A stretch of DNA of 64,000 nt from the NCBI GenBank assembly GCA_964616855.1, contig CAZTUJ010000004.1, positions 3,610 to 67,609 on the forward strand, in the 5' to 3' direction. The notes below the pieces were generated by a model. It searched no databases, had not been told where the DNA came from, and worked only from the letters and a program-made list of their open reading frames with translations. Positions 60,696-64,000 of the stretch are shown piece after piece. The DNA is from an uncultured Gammaproteobacteria bacterium. GTDB lineage: Bacteria; Patescibacteriota; Patescibacteriia; Patescibacteriales; UBA12465. A program made the translations under genes and the position numbers. How positions within the stretch are numbered: position 1 is the first letter of the stretch; each line of letters begins with the position of its first letter.

Positions 60696-61754
60696 ATGGA
60701 CATTCGACAAGTTTTAAGAGAAACCGCTAGTCGTCAATCTTCCGATGTACACTTAGTTTTTGGCATGATGCCGATGATTCGCCATGATGGTCAATTACTA
60801 CCTTTTCGCGAGTTAGCAAGTGATAAAACTCTTGCCCCTTTGTCCGATTTAGATTTAGAGCAGGCAGTTAAGGCTTTATTAGATGCTAGTCAGCGGAAGG
60901 AGCTGGAGCAGCAAAAAGATCTGGATGCGGCGGTAACCGTCGATTCCTATCGTTTTCGTTTAAATTTTTCTTTTGACCGTGGTCATTTAAAAATGGTGGC
61001 CAGAGTTATTGATGAACGTAAGCCCACTCTTGAAGAAATTGGGATGCCTGCCTCGGCCGCCGATTTATTAGATTTGCCCCAGGGCCTAATTCTTATTACT
61101 GGTCCTACCGGCTGCGGAAAATCTACCACTTTAGCCGCAATGATTAATCATATTAATAGTCGTCGCAGTTGCCATATTATTACCTTAGAAGATCCAATTG
61201 AATATCTTTTCACTTCAGACAAGAGTTTGATTTCCCAACGTCAGCTGGGGGAGGATATGATTTCTTTTCCGGCCGGCCTTAAGCATGCTTTGCGCCAAGA
61301 TCCTAACGTGATTATGATTGGTGAGATGCGTGACTTGGAAACGATTGCGACCGCTATTACTTTAGCCGAAACCGGACATTTAGTATTGGCAACTTTGCAT
61401 ACTTATAACGCCGCTCAGACGATTGACCGAATTATAGATATTTTTCCTTCTCACCAGCAGGGACAAATTCGTTCTCAACTCTCTACGATTTTGGCGGCGG
61501 TAATTTCTCAGCGGCTTTTGCCGCGCGTGTCGGGGGGCCGAATTGCTGCTCGCGAGATCATGATTCGCAACAGCGCGATTGCCAACTTGATTAGAGAAAA
61601 TAAAATTGCTCAGATTAAAACGGTTTTAGAGACAAATATTCAGGGCGGAATGACGACCATGGACCGCAATCTTAAACAACTCTATCAAGCCGGCGAAATT
61701 GACCGGGCTACCGCTTTGAATTATATGGAGGAAAATGGGCTTTTAGACTCTTAG
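60696..61754 (+). CDS. pilT: type IV pilus retraction ATPase PilT
   Basis: 352 aa. Walker A GPTGCGKST, IMIGEMRD, LVLATLHT. Confidence 0.9.
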   Translation: MDIRQVLRETASRQSSDVHLVFGMMPMIRHDGQLLPFRELASDKTLAPLSDLDLEQAVKALLDASQRKELEQQKDLDAAVTVDSYRFRLNFSFDRGHLKMVARVIDERKPTLEEIGMPASAADLLDLPQGLILITGPTGCGKSTTLAAMINHINSRRSCHIITLEDPIEYLFTSDKSLISQRQLGEDMISFPAGLKHALRQDPNVIMIGEMRDLETIATAITLAETGHLVLATLHTYNAAQTIDRIIDIFPSHQQGQIRSQLSTILAAVISQRLLPRVSGGRIAAREIMIRNSAIANLIRENKIAQIKTVLETNIQGGMTTMDRNLKQLYQAGEIDRATALNYMEENGLLDS

Positions 61755-61843
61755 AGTCAAATCTCAGCCTTGTTGGAAAAACTCGATTATTAACCCTGGT
61801 TTTTGTTTAAAAAAATCTTTAAAATAAGCCTTTTTTTAAGGGC

Positions 61844-61871
61844 TTGACAATATTTTTAAAAGCTCTATAAT
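61844..61871 (+). promoter_or_regulatory. promoter TTGACA-16-TATAAT upstream of the 23S rRNA
   Basis: TTGACA 61844-61849, TATAAT 61866-61871, about 345 nt before the mature 23S 5' region. Confidence 0.55.
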
Positions 61872-62215
61872 TAGTAACAGTTTTAAAAAATAGCCTATGC
61901 GTATTTATTTTAGTGTTTATCAATCCCAGCGGTTATAGAATAATTTGCTCTTTTGCGATTATTTTGGAACCGCGCCCGTCGCGGTTTTTTGAACCTCTAA
62001 AATAAATTTACGAATTAAATATTTACTCGCCCTTATCAGTTCGCTGGTAATGGCAACGAATATTTAATTGCCCTTTAACAGTTAAATATTTTTTTGTCGC
62101 TTTTTTTAAAAAAGCGGACTGTCTATCGTCGGTTTATTTTGCAATTTCCGGGCGATAGACAAAGGAAAAATCGCGTTCGCGAAGGAACGCGTCACTTTTG
62201 AAAGCAAAAGTGTGG

Positions 62216-64000
<1,785 letters not shown>

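Overview
This 64-kb window looks like the origin region of a small, AT-rich bacterial chromosome. The gene content suggests a Patescibacteria/CPR-type organism, but that is inference from motifs only. Supporting hints are a TrbC/VirB2-like pilin with an orphan PilT, a bacterial Elp3, a CofE-like ligase next to glyA-folD, a membrane H+-PPase, and a 23S rRNA gene with no 16S upstream. The standard genetic code gives long clean ORFs.

The core is rpmH-rnpA-yidD-yidC on the minus strand facing dnaA-dnaN on the plus strand. Housekeeping genes follow: PBP1A, trmH-family, plsC, PMM, glyA, folD, recQ, trxA/trxB, gdh, nusA, hppA, tig, smpB plus tmRNA, infC-rpmI-rplT, secG, rnj, rpsA, ftsH, rpmF, nusB, rnc and pilT. 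There are 7 tRNAs and the 5' ~1.8 kb of a 23S rRNA.

Main non-routine signals:
1. Six copies of a parS-like 16-bp palindrome sit in a ~550-bp AT-rich spacer about 3 kb from dnaA.
2. A leaderless 22-codon ORF with 4 Cys codons, followed by a terminator with a competing antiterminator, lies directly upstream of a cysK/cysM-like gene. This is a candidate cysteine-responsive attenuator.
3. A ~5.7-kb accessory segment next to tRNA-His is bracketed by an 11-bp direct repeat. It carries an HNH nuclease, Cys-rich proteins, cysK, a multi-cluster Fe-S protein and a small nucleotidyltransferase.
4. A 59-codon Lys-rich/Cys-rich ORF is embedded inside a tRNA-Arg/tRNA-His transcription unit.
5. A CsoR/CstR-like repressor is paired with trxA, and its GC-rich palindromic operator lies inside its own promoter.
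6. Several genes have consensus promoters placed so that transcription should start at the ATG, giving leaderless mRNAs.

All family calls come from motif recognition by eye. No searches were run.
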